NCBI GenBank assembly: GCA_035644055.1
Contig: DASQPH010000033.1
Location: 3,308 to 67,307 of the forward strand
Length of the DNA: 64,000 nucleotides
From: Chthoniobacterales bacterium
Lineage (GTDB): Bacteria; Verrucomicrobiota; Verrucomicrobiia; Chthoniobacterales; UBA10450
Direction: 5' to 3'
Shown here: positions 50,101 through 55,900 of the stretch, one piece after another
How positions within the stretch are numbered: position 1 is the stretch's first letter
How the letters are laid out: every line of letters begins with the position of its first letter
Notes under the pieces: model-generated
What the model was told of the DNA's origin: nothing
Database searches by the model: none
What the model saw: only the letters and a program-made list of their open reading frames with translations
Position numbers and translations under genes: made by a program

Positions 50101-52383
50101 ACTGGAAATGGCATGACCCTTTCGGGCGGCGGCACGGTGTTCAATACAATCGGGGGCACCCAGGCCGCGGACAGCAATGTCATCGCCTTCAACGGCGGTG
50201 ATGGTGTTCAGGTCGCAACGGCGGGAGTTTCCAATGGTATTCGTGGTAACTCGATCTTCTCCAATGGGACGACGAATTTGCATCTGGGCATCGACCTGGG
50301 CACCGACGGAGTTACACCGAACGACAATAAGGATGGCGACGGCGGCCCGAATGGTTTGCAGAATTTCCCGATTATTACTTCAGCATTGGCGACTGGATCC
50401 ACGAAGACGGTTACCGGAACGCTTAACTCTTCCGCCGGCGACCAGTTCGATATCGACTTCTACGCCAACGATTCCTGCGATGCTTCCGGCAACGGCGAAG
50501 GCCGGACTTACCTGGGTTCGATGACAACCATCGCGACAGATAGCAACGGCAATGTCTCGTTCACGTTCCATCCCGATGCCACTCATGCGTTGCTCATGAC
50601 CGTGGGCAAAGTCATTACCGCGACCTCTACCACAACCGGAGCTTTCTTCGACACCTCGGAGTTCTCCGCCTGCGTTGCGGTCGTGGACGGCTCGCCTGGA
50701 GCGGGCGACATCCAGTTTACTTCGGCGACCTACACGGTGGGTGAAGCTGGCGGAACAGCGGCCATTACCGTCGCGCGCGTGGGCGGCAGCAATGGCTCGG
50801 TAACCGCGAACTTCTCAACCAGCAATGGCACCGCGACAGCGCCTGGCGATTATACCGCTATTACGAACCAGCCTGTTACCTATGCAGACGGCGAGACCGG
50901 GACAAAGACGATCAATGTTACGATTAACAATGATTCCATCTACGAGAACAACGAGACGGTCAACCTAACCCTCGGTTCGACCCAGATTAATTTGCCAGAT
51001 AAAGGCGGCTCCGACTCTCCCGACCAAGCGGTAAATCCGCACGCAGCGGTTCTTACCATCGTGGATAACGACACGAAGCCGAGTTTCTCCATAGACGACG
51101 TGAGCCACAACGAGGGTAACAGCGGCACCACGGCCTATGTTTTCACCGTCACCAAGACCGGTGCGACGGAAGTAACTGCGAGTCTGAATTACTCGACCGT
51201 CAACGGCACCGCCACGGCGCCATCGGACTTTACCGCAATTCCATCTTCCAGTCTTATCTTCGCTCCGGGCGACGCCTCGAAGCAGGTTACTGTCTTAGTG
51301 AACGGCGACACGACGGTGGAACCTGACGAGACCTTCACTGTGCACTTGAGCAATGCCCTTAACGCCACTATTTCCGACGCCGACGGTACCGGGACTATCG
51401 TGAACGACGACGTTACGCCAAGTCCCACGCCAACAGCCACGGCAACAGCAACTGCGACGGCTACTCCAACCGCTACGGCTACGGCGACCGCGACCGCAAC
51501 CGCCACGGCTACAGCCACACCTACAGCGACCGCGACTGCCACGCCTACTGCTAGCGCCACTGCCACCGCAACGCCTACGGCCACGCCGACAGCTAGCCCG
51601 GCTCAAGCGCTAAACATTTCCACCAGACTCCGCGTTGACACCGGCGAAAACGCCATGATCGCCGGGTTCATCATTAACCCTGCGAACAGCAGCAACAAGG
51701 CAGTCGTGCTCCGCGGTATCGGCCCGTCGCTCTCATCCTTTGGTATTACCGGCGCCCTTCAGGACCCGGTAGTAGAGCTGCACGGGTCCAATGGTTCGTT
51801 AATTACGATGAACGACAACTGGAAGGACACGCAGCGCAGTCAGATCGAAGGCACGATCTTCCAACCGGCCGATGATCGTGAATCGGTGATTCTCGCGACC
51901 CTCAGTCCGGCAGCTTATACCGCCATTCTCAGTGGCAAGAACAACGGCGTCGGGATTGGTGTCATCGAGGTTTATGATAACAACCAGGCAGCCAACTCAC
52001 AGCTTGCCCAAATCAGCACCCGCGGTCTTGTCCAGGGAGGCAATAGCGTCATGATTGCAGGATTCATCTTGGGGGGCAGCCAGAATACCACTCACGTCGC
52101 GATCCGCGGTATCGGACCATCTTTGGGCCAGTTCGGAATCACCCGCCCGCTGCCTGATCCCACTCTCGAGCTACGTGACGCCAATGGCGTCCTGCTTATC
52201 GCAAACGATAACTGGCTGGACGATCCGGTGTCGGCCGCGCAGTTAACTGCGAACGGTCTCGCGCCTTCGAACACGAAAGAGTCCGGCATCTTCACGATCC
52301 TACCTGCGGGCCAATTTACGGCGATCCTCGCCGGGAAGAATGGCGACGGCATTGGCGTGGTCGAAGTCTATAATTTGAAGTAA
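38191..52383 (+). CDS. Giant secreted multidomain protein (4730 aa): N-terminal beta-sandwich, ExeM/NucH-type nuclease, beta-helix modules, propeller-like domain, two LamG, eleven Calx-beta, tandem C-terminal module
   Basis: Uninterrupted 14.2-kb ORF. The ORF track starts at TTG 38191; in-frame ATGs at 38224 and 38257 are alternative starts. From 38257 the signal peptide reads MRTKPLGLTTRVSGHFAISLFAAVLVAAIGSSAGTARG. Confidence 0.9.
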   Translation: MGRITRSLKPKMSPLKLRNAPAMRTKPLGLTTRVSGHFAISLFAAVLVAAIGSSAGTARGVQPNVSITTLPTTITQNFDTLPASGSATWTNDSTLPGWYHARTGNGTTIVANDGLSNGGNLYSYGTGTNTDRALGSVGSSNAAAGSFFWGILLTNNTGATITSLDISYTGEQWRNSAAAAQTVSFSYLIGTTLTGSLVEFQSAGVAVTQLNFTSPITGGTAAALNGNLAANRTAISFTIGSLNLADGQSIMLRWSDPDHTGSDHGLAIDDFSVTANGSGGPTPTASPTATATATPTATATATPAPIAVHDIQGSGATSPVVGQTVTTTGIVTGIRSNGFFIQTPDASADADPNTSEGIFVFTSSAPPAGAVVGNAVLVTGTVQEFIPSADPFSPAQTEISGSPVTTVQSTGNPLPAPHVITAAETQVNDLNNLEKYEGMRVQVNSLTVIAPTQGTISEANATSTSTGFFYGVVTSVARPFREPGIEVGDPVPTPYPSGPAPANVPRFDFNPERLRVGSCALTGSSCIDVTTGATLTNLIGPLDYGFRTYTIDVDPSSPPVVAGVVGFVSVPAQLASELTVSSFNLQRFFDTVEDPAVGDVVLTTTAFNNRLNKASLAIRNVLLMPDVIGVEEMENLTTLQAIANKVNADAGPGTTYQAFLAEGNDVGGIDVGFLVKTQANGLPRITVNSAIQYNKAETFIDPSSNSSALLNDRPPLVLRASVDQAGGGTYSFTVIANHLRSLSGVDSTTSAHTRVKRQKQAESLATLIHSFETVGDSNRVAPFDDNIVSVGDYNSFEFNDGYVDVVGTVLGTPAPADQVVQPSATISTDMTDLIQFAAAGQNYSYTFDGDAQALDHELANSSMVARLTRLAYGRMDADYPEAYRSDPNRPEKLSDHDPSVAYFDLTPAPTPTPTPTPTATATATATATATATATATATATATATSTPTATATSTPTATPPAGPIAVTNTNDSGAGSLRAAITAANLNPDADIIAFEASATGTINLQSALPTLSTDMTIQGLGANVVTVRRDTVPDYRIFTVNSGKTVTISGLTISNGRSYDGGGISNAGTLTVTNSTLSGNYTPSSCCFRGGNGAGIFNSGMLTITNSTLSDNHTSDGSTGSQEKAEAGDGGGIYNMGTLIVTDSTLSGNQTGIGGIWEFVGPFGFNFVGGDGGSGAGIFNFSGTVTVTHSTLNGNRCGRAGGPAGLGGGFGGSGAGVFNRSGSVTITNSTLSGNQAGCGSSSPAETSNGFGSAIDNRDLLIVTNSTLSGNYNLCDGVDERDRADTYGIYNGGTATFKNSIITNSGIYGNCANDNGAPFNGSGSNLEAAGGLGDACPGFTQVTSGQLNLGALGNNGGLTMTHALQPGSVAIDAGTDLTTLNVPLDNSTNTVVVIDATSIPGGIGFLVRIDNEQMSVTSKSTNTLTVVRGANGTTAAAHSAGAAVNAAFDQRGAGFPRLRDGNGDSTATVDVGAFEATGTAPSPTPTATATATATATPTATATATVSATATATATPVTSPTPTATPTATPFGQEILYGISNGLGEPAENLIYRIDPANGDLSNMVQVTLPGYTVGRVQSLVMRPSDGVLFAVVQTQSPDGPRRLVTINPTTGVCTDIGAFTEQIASLAFRASGTLYAASGTIIGPGLHPKSLFTINTTTAQETLLFALVNGDGGETIVFHPNGLLYHASGGTPGASPAIFESINVDTQAVTPINSDSVPECFAMGYSPSAGTLFGSDYNSDLYTVDITTGIRTFVGAMADQLPVSGMIAARNRGLAFAVTQVCSAPPGGMVSWWPADNTPADIEGHHDGTWTGTPVYAAGEVGQAFSFDGTTANYIVVPNNTALDLTQFTVDAWVYPTASPDAGFGTVIDKEFSTGGINYALFVGHDGTVEIDFNAGSHQFVDSAPGAAPQNTWTHIAGTYDGTTVKLYVNGVLNGSFVSNQTPTGGQDLYIGVRNAASLQGAFQGLIDEVEVFDHALTDAQVLAIYSAGTAGKCRSCATPPLNMLAWWPGDGNVSDLQGNHNGTLMNGATFGTGEVSQAFSLDGVDDYVDVGDVDLPATFTIDAWIDPTTVTSDPYGHTIISKADNTFSSYDLAVGDGFLFLSVENSIGNTTVYRSLDALVPAGVWSHVGVTYDGNAGAGEKIKFYINGITDTGIPIGGNDAGGTPRNTSVPAAIGRVGSFSGAYFSGLIDEVELFSRVLSVVEIQAIYDAGSFGKCKPPPVVQFNSATYSVNEGDGNVTLTVTRTGDSSGTSTVQYATANGSATAGSDYTTTSGTLTFAPGVISQDILVPITDDSTYEASEDFTVTLSAPSTGTTIGTPDSATVTITDNDPVPTISIDDVAHNEGNSGTTSYDFTVSLSNPSSQTITVEYATADDSATAPSDYTAIPTTTLTFNPGDTSKPVTVLVNGDTAFENTETFTVHLSAPTNATISDADGTGTITNDDTAPVFTIDDVTHNEGNAGTTIYTFTVTKTGSTALSSSVQFQTQDGTATVADNDYQANSGTLFFGAGVTTRQVTVLVNGDTNVEPTETFTVHLSNEVNASISDADGTGTITNDDIFFSINDVTMNEGNAGQASFVFTVTKSGDNGSGSSVNFATQDGTAKVANGDYQANSGTLNFGATDTTMQITVLVNGDITPEPDEIFTVHLSGETNATISDADGVGTITNDDGPPPIVYVDDDWAAVPTGDDPDGAGPATSMGFDAFATITDGVNGVANPGTVIVYAGTYAEGNNTIDLTKSVTISGPNAANSPNTGLRVAEAVVTSQGTSIVPNGVFRLNVPNLTVTIEGLKFDGTPAAMNAYADHDTISLKKNIFTASHDPGMYFETPNLTIDDNRFVDIAAQGEDTIAVDVNVGVNRAPVTITNNIWSNVAVGALNLSRVSGTISGNQFLNVQYYGVLVAYDAGNLSITGNVFDGITNPDPTNVPTWGAGIRFYQPAVTAPVNVASNRFTNSYVGVGIRGVPNDPGADITGQPIHVNFNSFINNTHGISDGAAGALDAENNWWGCNYGAGATGAGCSITTNDVFNNGSGTVDADPWIVLGVSAAPNPIVPGDQSTVTADMTHNSANAVPSGTMFVPNVAVAFGATEGTIAPPTGTITNGQATSTFTSTSSNDGTASATVDSQTTSTTIDVTPPSFSIDDVTQAETNSGQTAFVFTVTKTGASAFGSSVDYQTQDGTATVADNDYVAKSGTLTFGPTDTSMTVTVLVNGDTIFEANETFTVHLSNASDATIGDADGTGTITNDDDAPLLTIDDVTKAEGNAGTTSFTFTVTKTGVTEVNATVDYATVNGTATAPSDFAAIPTTSLTFLPNETTKQITVLVNGDTTPEADETFTVHLSNPNNASIADADGTGTIVNDDTDVSVTVSSPSSVPEDGAQNLTYTFTRNPQTTGDITVNFSVGGTATFATDYTQAGAASFTATSGTVTIPDGQTTATVTIDPTADNVAEPDETVILTVTSGTGYNVGTPSAATGTILNDDTSVTVAVSPASVTEDGTGNLVYTFTRNPVFSGPLTIDFTVGGTATYNSDYTVTGADSFSSSSGTVTFADGSNTATVTVDPTADTIYELDETVILTVGSGSNYSAGSPGAATGTITNDDPAPTLNIGDRILAEGSSGGTTAFNFTVTKTGATQETVTVDYNTQDGSTNPATGGASCGGNVDYISKSGSVTFLSNETTKTVTIDVCQDTTVEPNETFFVELSNPVNATLSDGEGRGTIQNDDTPPPLVPINTTDDTDPTGVCTVAHCSLRNAINSANASAGAVSINFGIPASDPRHFYYADDHVAGQVSQANVTVTTAATDNLIPDIDPDWPHSWWSILPTSELTAINQTVTIDGYSQTGAAANTVTGMDAAVLKIEVDGASAGVSSNGLTVNGPGSTARGLVINRFTANGINLSGGNTTIAGNFVGTDVSGTLDLGNSGHGVSTSSFSESIGGSTPQDMNLISGNNGDGIVLSNSNSDLILGNLVGTKSNGTTGLGNTGNGMTLSGGGTVFNTIGGTQAADSNVIAFNGGDGVQVATAGVSNGIRGNSIFSNGTTNLHLGIDLGTDGVTPNDNKDGDGGPNGLQNFPIITSALATGSTKTVTGTLNSSAGDQFDIDFYANDSCDASGNGEGRTYLGSMTTIATDSNGNVSFTFHPDATHALLMTVGKVITATSTTTGAFFDTSEFSACVAVVDGSPGAGDIQFTSATYTVGEAGGTAAITVARVGGSNGSVTANFSTSNGTATAPGDYTAITNQPVTYADGETGTKTINVTINNDSIYENNETVNLTLGSTQINLPDKGGSDSPDQAVNPHAAVLTIVDNDTKPSFSIDDVSHNEGNSGTTAYVFTVTKTGATEVTASLNYSTVNGTATAPSDFTAIPSSSLIFAPGDASKQVTVLVNGDTTVEPDETFTVHLSNALNATISDADGTGTIVNDDVTPSPTPTATATATATATPTATATATATATATATATPTATATATPTASATATATPTATPTASPAQALNISTRLRVDTGENAMIAGFIINPANSSNKAVVLRGIGPSLSSFGITGALQDPVVELHGSNGSLITMNDNWKDTQRSQIEGTIFQPADDRESVILATLSPAAYTAILSGKNNGVGIGVIEVYDNNQAANSQLAQISTRGLVQGGNSVMIAGFILGGSQNTTHVAIRGIGPSLGQFGITRPLPDPTLELRDANGVLLIANDNWLDDPVSAAQLTANGLAPSNTKESGIFTILPAGQFTAILAGKNGDGIGVVEVYNLK
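39031..39105 (+). repeat. Thr/Ala/Pro linker (PTPTASPTATATATPTATATATPAP)
   Basis: Direct translation. Confidence 0.85.
39106..40905 (+). other. ExeM/NucH-family extracellular nuclease-like region (OB-like head plus endonuclease/exonuclease/phosphatase fold)
   Basis: IAVHDIQGSGATSPVVGQTVTTTGIVTGIRSNGFFIQTPD...TSEGIFVF. EEP motifs in order: SFNLQRFF, VIGVEEMEN, VIANHLRS, VGDYNSFE, LDHELAN, LSDHDPSVAYFDL. Confidence 0.75.
40906..41079 (+). repeat. Thr/Ala/Pro linker (TPAPTPTPTPTPTATATATATATATATATATATATATSTPTATATSTPTATPPAGP)
   Basis: Direct translation. The antisense strand reads as a spurious VAVAVAV ORF (40893-41237). Confidence 0.9.
41080..42620 (+). other. Right-handed beta-helix module (SLRAAI variant of the CSLREA motif)
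   Basis: VTNTNDSGAGSLRAAITAANLNPDADIIAF, repeated TVTNSTLSGN turns, terminal HALQPGSVAIDAG ... DQRGAGFPR ... DVGAFE. Confidence 0.7.
42621..42777 (+). repeat. Thr/Ala/Pro linker
   Basis: GTAPSPTPTATATATATATPTATATATVSATATATATPVTSPTPTATPTATP. Confidence 0.9.
42778..43533 (+). other. Unassigned ~250-aa beta-rich (propeller-like) domain
   Basis: Recurrent strand-turn segments: LYGIS...LIYRIDPANGD, LFAVVQT...LVTINPTTG, LYAASG...LFTINTTT, LLYHASG, LFGSDYNSDLYTVDITTG. Confidence 0.4.
43534..44853 (+). other. Two tandem LamG / concanavalin-A-like lectin domains
   Basis: PPGGMVSWWPADN...GEVGQAFSFDG...FTVDAWVYP...WTHIAGTYDGTTVKLYVNG...GLIDEVEVFDHALT...GKC, then LAWWPGDGNVSD...GEVSQAFSLDG...FTIDAWIDP...GLIDEVELFSRVLS...GKCKPPP. 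Confidence 0.75.
44854..46194 (+). repeat. Calx-beta domain array A (4 units, ~112 aa each)
   Basis: ATYSVNEGDGNVTLTVTRTG...ATANGSATAGSDY...GTLTFAPG...ITDDSTYEASEDFTVTLS, followed by three units ending ETFTVHLS...ISDADG[TV]GTITNDD. Confidence 0.85.
46195..47577 (+). other. Parallel beta-helix (PbH1-type) domain followed by an invasin-like Ig domain
   Basis: VYAGTYAEGNNTIDLTKSVTISG..., repeated ITNNIW/ISGNQF/ITGNVF/ASNRF turns, ENNWWGC, then VSAAPNPIVPGDQSTVTADMT...TNGQATSTFTSTS. Confidence 0.65.
47578..49332 (+). repeat. Calx-beta domain array B (5 units, ~117 aa each)
   Basis: Units begin FSIDDVTQAE, LTIDDVTKAEG, VSVTVSSPSSVPEDG, VTVAVSPASVTEDG and LNIGDRILAEG. Each has a D[YF] core and ends in G.I.NDD. 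Confidence 0.85.
49333..50694 (+). other. CSLRNA-motif right-handed beta-helix module 3
   Basis: DDTDPTGVCTVAHCSLRNAINSANAS...INFGIP, then GN.IG[GT] / GNGI turns, GIDLGTDGVTPNDNKDGDGGPNGLQNFP. Confidence 0.7.
50695..51411 (+). repeat. Calx-beta domain array C (2 units)
   Basis: IQFTSATYTVGEAGGTAAITVARVGG...TSNGTATAPGDY..., and FSIDDVSHNEGNSGTTAYVFTVTKTG...ETFTVHLSNALNATISDADGTGTIVNDD. Confidence 0.85.
51412..51600 (+). repeat. Thr/Ala/Pro linker (63 aa)
   Basis: VTPSPTPTATATATATATPTATATATATATATATATPTATATATPTASATATATPTATPTASP. Confidence 0.9.
51601..52380 (+). other. Tandem C-terminal module, copies D1 (51601-51984) and D2 (51985-52380)
   Basis: ALNISTRLRVDTGENAMIAGFII...VLRGIGPSL...PVVELHGSNG...NDNW...ESVIL...YTAILSG...GIGVIEVYDNN, then LAQISTRGLVQGGNSVMIAGFIL...AIRGIGPSL...PTLELRDANG...NDNW...ESGIF...FTAILAG...GIGVVEVYNLK-stop. 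Confidence 0.85.
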
Positions 52384-52443
52384 GGCCGCCGGATTAGTTT
52401 TGACATTCCGGCTTGGAATGAGTGAGTAGGTCTCCCACGTCCT

Positions 52444-52923
52444 ATGAAAAGATTCATTTCGTTCTTCTGCCTGCTTCTCGCTTCTTTGGTTTCGTTGCCC
52501 GCCGCCGAACCTGAGACTCCGGCTTTCCCCGGCGTGCAAAAGGCAATGACACCGGAACAATACGAAGCCGCCGGCTTATCGAAGCTCGATGCGACGGAAC
52601 GCGCAAAGCTCGACGAGTTCATTAAGAACTATGTCGCGGTAAGCAACGAAAAGGTGGCAACGACCGCGGTCGACAAAGCCGTCAAGGAAAAGAAGGTATC
52701 GGAGCCGGAAGTTATCCAGAGCCGGATCGTAGGTCCATTCACCGGTTACACCGGCACAACCGTCTTCACCCTGGAAAACGGGCAGCGTTGGGCGCAATCG
52801 CAACGCGACAGTGCCTACTATCCAAAGATCGATTCCCCGCCGGTCGTGATCATCAAAGCCGGCTTCGGTTATCGCATGTACATTCAAGGCGCGAGCGCGA
52901 TCCGCGTCTCGAAAGTCCGCTAG
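52444..52923 (+). CDS. Small secreted hypothetical protein
   Basis: 159 aa. Signal peptide MKRFISFFCLLLASLVSLPAAEP. No recognisable motif. Confidence 0.65.
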   Translation: MKRFISFFCLLLASLVSLPAAEPETPAFPGVQKAMTPEQYEAAGLSKLDATERAKLDEFIKNYVAVSNEKVATTAVDKAVKEKKVSEPEVIQSRIVGPFTGYTGTTVFTLENGQRWAQSQRDSAYYPKIDSPPVVIIKAGFGYRMYIQGASAIRVSKVR

Positions 52924-52938
52924 GGCCCACTCAGCCAG

Positions 52939-55900
52939 CTAGGCGCCTGCCGGAGCGGGAGCTTTGCCGTTCCCGCCCTTGGGCTGGTCCGCTTCGTGGT
53001 GGGTGTGGCCGCTGCGAAGAAACGGAACGCGGTCCAGAATATTTTCCTGGACCCATTCGAGAGCGAGATAGATCACCGGCGTGATGTAAAGGGTGATCAG
53101 CTGCGAGACGATCAAGCCACCGACGATGACGAGACCTAACGGGCGACGCGAGGAGCCGTCCGCGCCGTAACCAAGGGCCAGCGGCACCGCGCCCATCAAA
53201 GCCGCCAGCGTCGTCATGATGATTGGGCGGAAACGTTCGATGCTCGCTTCGTGAATCGCGGAGCGCAGGTCGTAGCCTTCATCGATCCGATGCAGGGCGA
53301 AGTCGACAATCATAATGCCGTTCTTTTTCACGATCCCCATCAGAAGGAACAAACCGATGACTGAATAAAGCGACAGCGTCGAATTGAAAAGCCAGAGGGT
53401 GAGCAATCCGCCGACGACCGCGGGGAACAAAGTCGAGAGCACAGTCACGGGATGGACATAGCTCTCGTAGAGAATTCCGAGGATGACGTACATCACAAAC
53501 ACGGCGGCAAGGACGAGAAAGGGCAGCGCCTTGAAGAGCTGTTGGAGAACCAGGCCTTCGCCTTGCATCTCCCCTTTTACCGTCGGCGGCAGGACCTCGG
53601 CAGCGGTCTTCTCGATGAAGTTAGTCACATCGCCCAGCGGCGCGTCGGGTTTCGTATCGAACCCGAAAGTGACGCTGGTGAATTGATTCAGGTGGTTCAC
53701 GGCCTGCAAGCCGAGCTTCGTCGTCGACTTCGTCAAGGTCCGGATCGGGATCAGCGTGTCCTTGCCATCCGGCCGGATGTAGAGCTGGCGTAAATCTTCC
53801 GGTTTGGAACGGTCCGCGTCGTCCACTTCAAGAATGACCTGGTATTGATCGTCCGGCTGCTTGATCAGGTAGACGTAGTTTTGGGAATACGCGGCGCGAA
53901 GCAGTCCCTGGAGCTTGCTGATGGAAACGCCATACATGCTGGCGCGGTCGCGATCGACATTGATATCGAGGTTCGGCTGGTTGCGAAACAAATTCGACCG
54001 CGGCGGCGCGGCAAAACCGTCGTAGTTTTTCAATTTATCGCCGAGCGCATCGGCCGCGGCGTAAACCTCTTCCGGGTCGATCCCGCTGATCGTGTAGCTG
54101 TAACGTCCGAACTGACTGCCGGTCGCGCCGATGTTGATCTGGAGAACGGGTGACGGATTGAGAGTCGGGAAAATGCCGGGGATTTGGCTCAGGGTGCGGC
54201 GCAATTCCATCGCCACGTCTTCGATCGGCTTCCGCTCTTTGGCGTCCTTCAAAAACAGGACGCAAAAGATTCCGGAAGATCCGGCCCGTCCGCTTCCGGC
54301 GATGGTGAAATATTTATCCACGGCCGGATCTGCTTGAAGAATCGGGTCGAGTTTTTCCTGCATGACGCGCTGTTGCTGGGGTGAGGCGCCTTCCTGCATG
54401 AGCAAGGCGCCGCGGATCACGCCGCTATCCCCTGTCGGCAAGAGCGTGAACGGCAAGGAAGAAAAAAAGAACCAAACCCCGAAGCCGCAAGCGATGAGGA
54501 TCGGCACCGCGAGCCAGCCATGATCAAGAAACCAATCGAGCGAGCGACCATAGAACGCCCGGATCGGCTTGAAGAAACTGTCGGTGAAACGTTCCATCCA
54601 GGTTTGGCGATGAACGGAATCGTGCTCGCGCAAGAGCCGCGCGCACATGAGCGGCGTCAGGGTGAGTGAAACCAGGCCTGACGCGAAAATCGCGACGATG
54701 ATCGTGATCGCAAACTCACGAAAGATTCGGCCGAGCAACCCCGGCATGAAGGCGAGTGGGATGAAGACCGCCGCCAGGGAAAGCGTCATGGACAGAATGG
54801 TGAAAGAAATCTCGCCGGCGCTATTCAGCGTTGCGCGATAAATTGATTCCCCGTGTTCGGCGCGGCGAACGACGTTCTCCAGAAACACGATCGCGTCATC
54901 GACGAGGAAACCGATGGCAAGGGTGAGTGCCATCAGGGTGAGGTTGTTAATGGAATAATTGAGGGCCCACATGACGAGAAACGTCAGCAGGATCGACAGA
55001 GGCAGAGCGACGACCGGGATCATTGTGTCGCGCGCGCGTCCGAGAAAGATGAAGATCACGAGCACCACGAGGACAAACGCGATGAAAAGCGTGGCCTGCA
55101 CGTCGGAGACCGAATGAACGATGCTGAGGGAGCGATCGAAGGTCGGAATAAGGTTGATCGACCCCGGCAGCTCGAGTCGCATTTGCGGCATGAGACCGTT
55201 GATCGATCGAGCGACCTCGACTGCGTTCGCTCCGGCCTGGCGCGAAACCGCGAGAACAATCACCGACGCCGGCGCATTATAGCCGCGTGCATAAAAGTGG
55301 CGGGAAAGGCGTTCGTCCTGGACGCTATCGACCACGGTCGCGACATCGCGGAGATAAACAGGCGCTCCGTCTTTGCCACGAGCGACGATCAGATTTCGGT
55401 AGCCCTCGGCATCAGCGATCTGGCCGTTCGGGCGCAGGACCAGAGACGTGTTTTTCCCGTCGAACTGTCCCGCGCCGGAGTACGAGGTCCCGGCGCGGAT
55501 CGCGGTGGAAAGCTCATCGAGCGTGATATTGCGCGACGCGAGCGCCGAAGGATCGACTTTGATTCGGATCGCGCTTTTAACGCCGAAGATCTGCACCTGT
55601 GATATCCCCGGCAGGATGTTGATCCGCTGCTGGACCTGTGAGGTCGCGTATTTGTAAAGCTCGCCGTCGCTCAGCGTATCGCTGGTGAGCGCGATATACA
55701 TGACCGGGGAATCATTCGGATTGCTCTTCTGAAATTGCGGCGGTTGGGGCAGGTCGTTAGGCAACTGACCACTGGCGCGCTGGATCGCGGCCTGCACGTC
55801 CGTGGATGCGTCGATGATGCTTTTATCGAGATCGAACTGGAGCGTGATGTTCGTCGAACCCTGCGTACTTGAGCTCGTTGAGAGCGTGAGTCCCGGGATC

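Noticed and set aside
52391-52420. A third copy of the giant-gene promoter block, GATTAGTTTTGACATTCCGGCTTGGAATG, upstream of the 159-aa gene
   Set aside because: Only TTGAC and ATTCCGGCT are shared. The spacing differs, no TAAAA -10 follows at N18, and the CATTCC/GGAATG inverted repeat could simply be a small hairpin after the giant gene stop. This is too weak to call.
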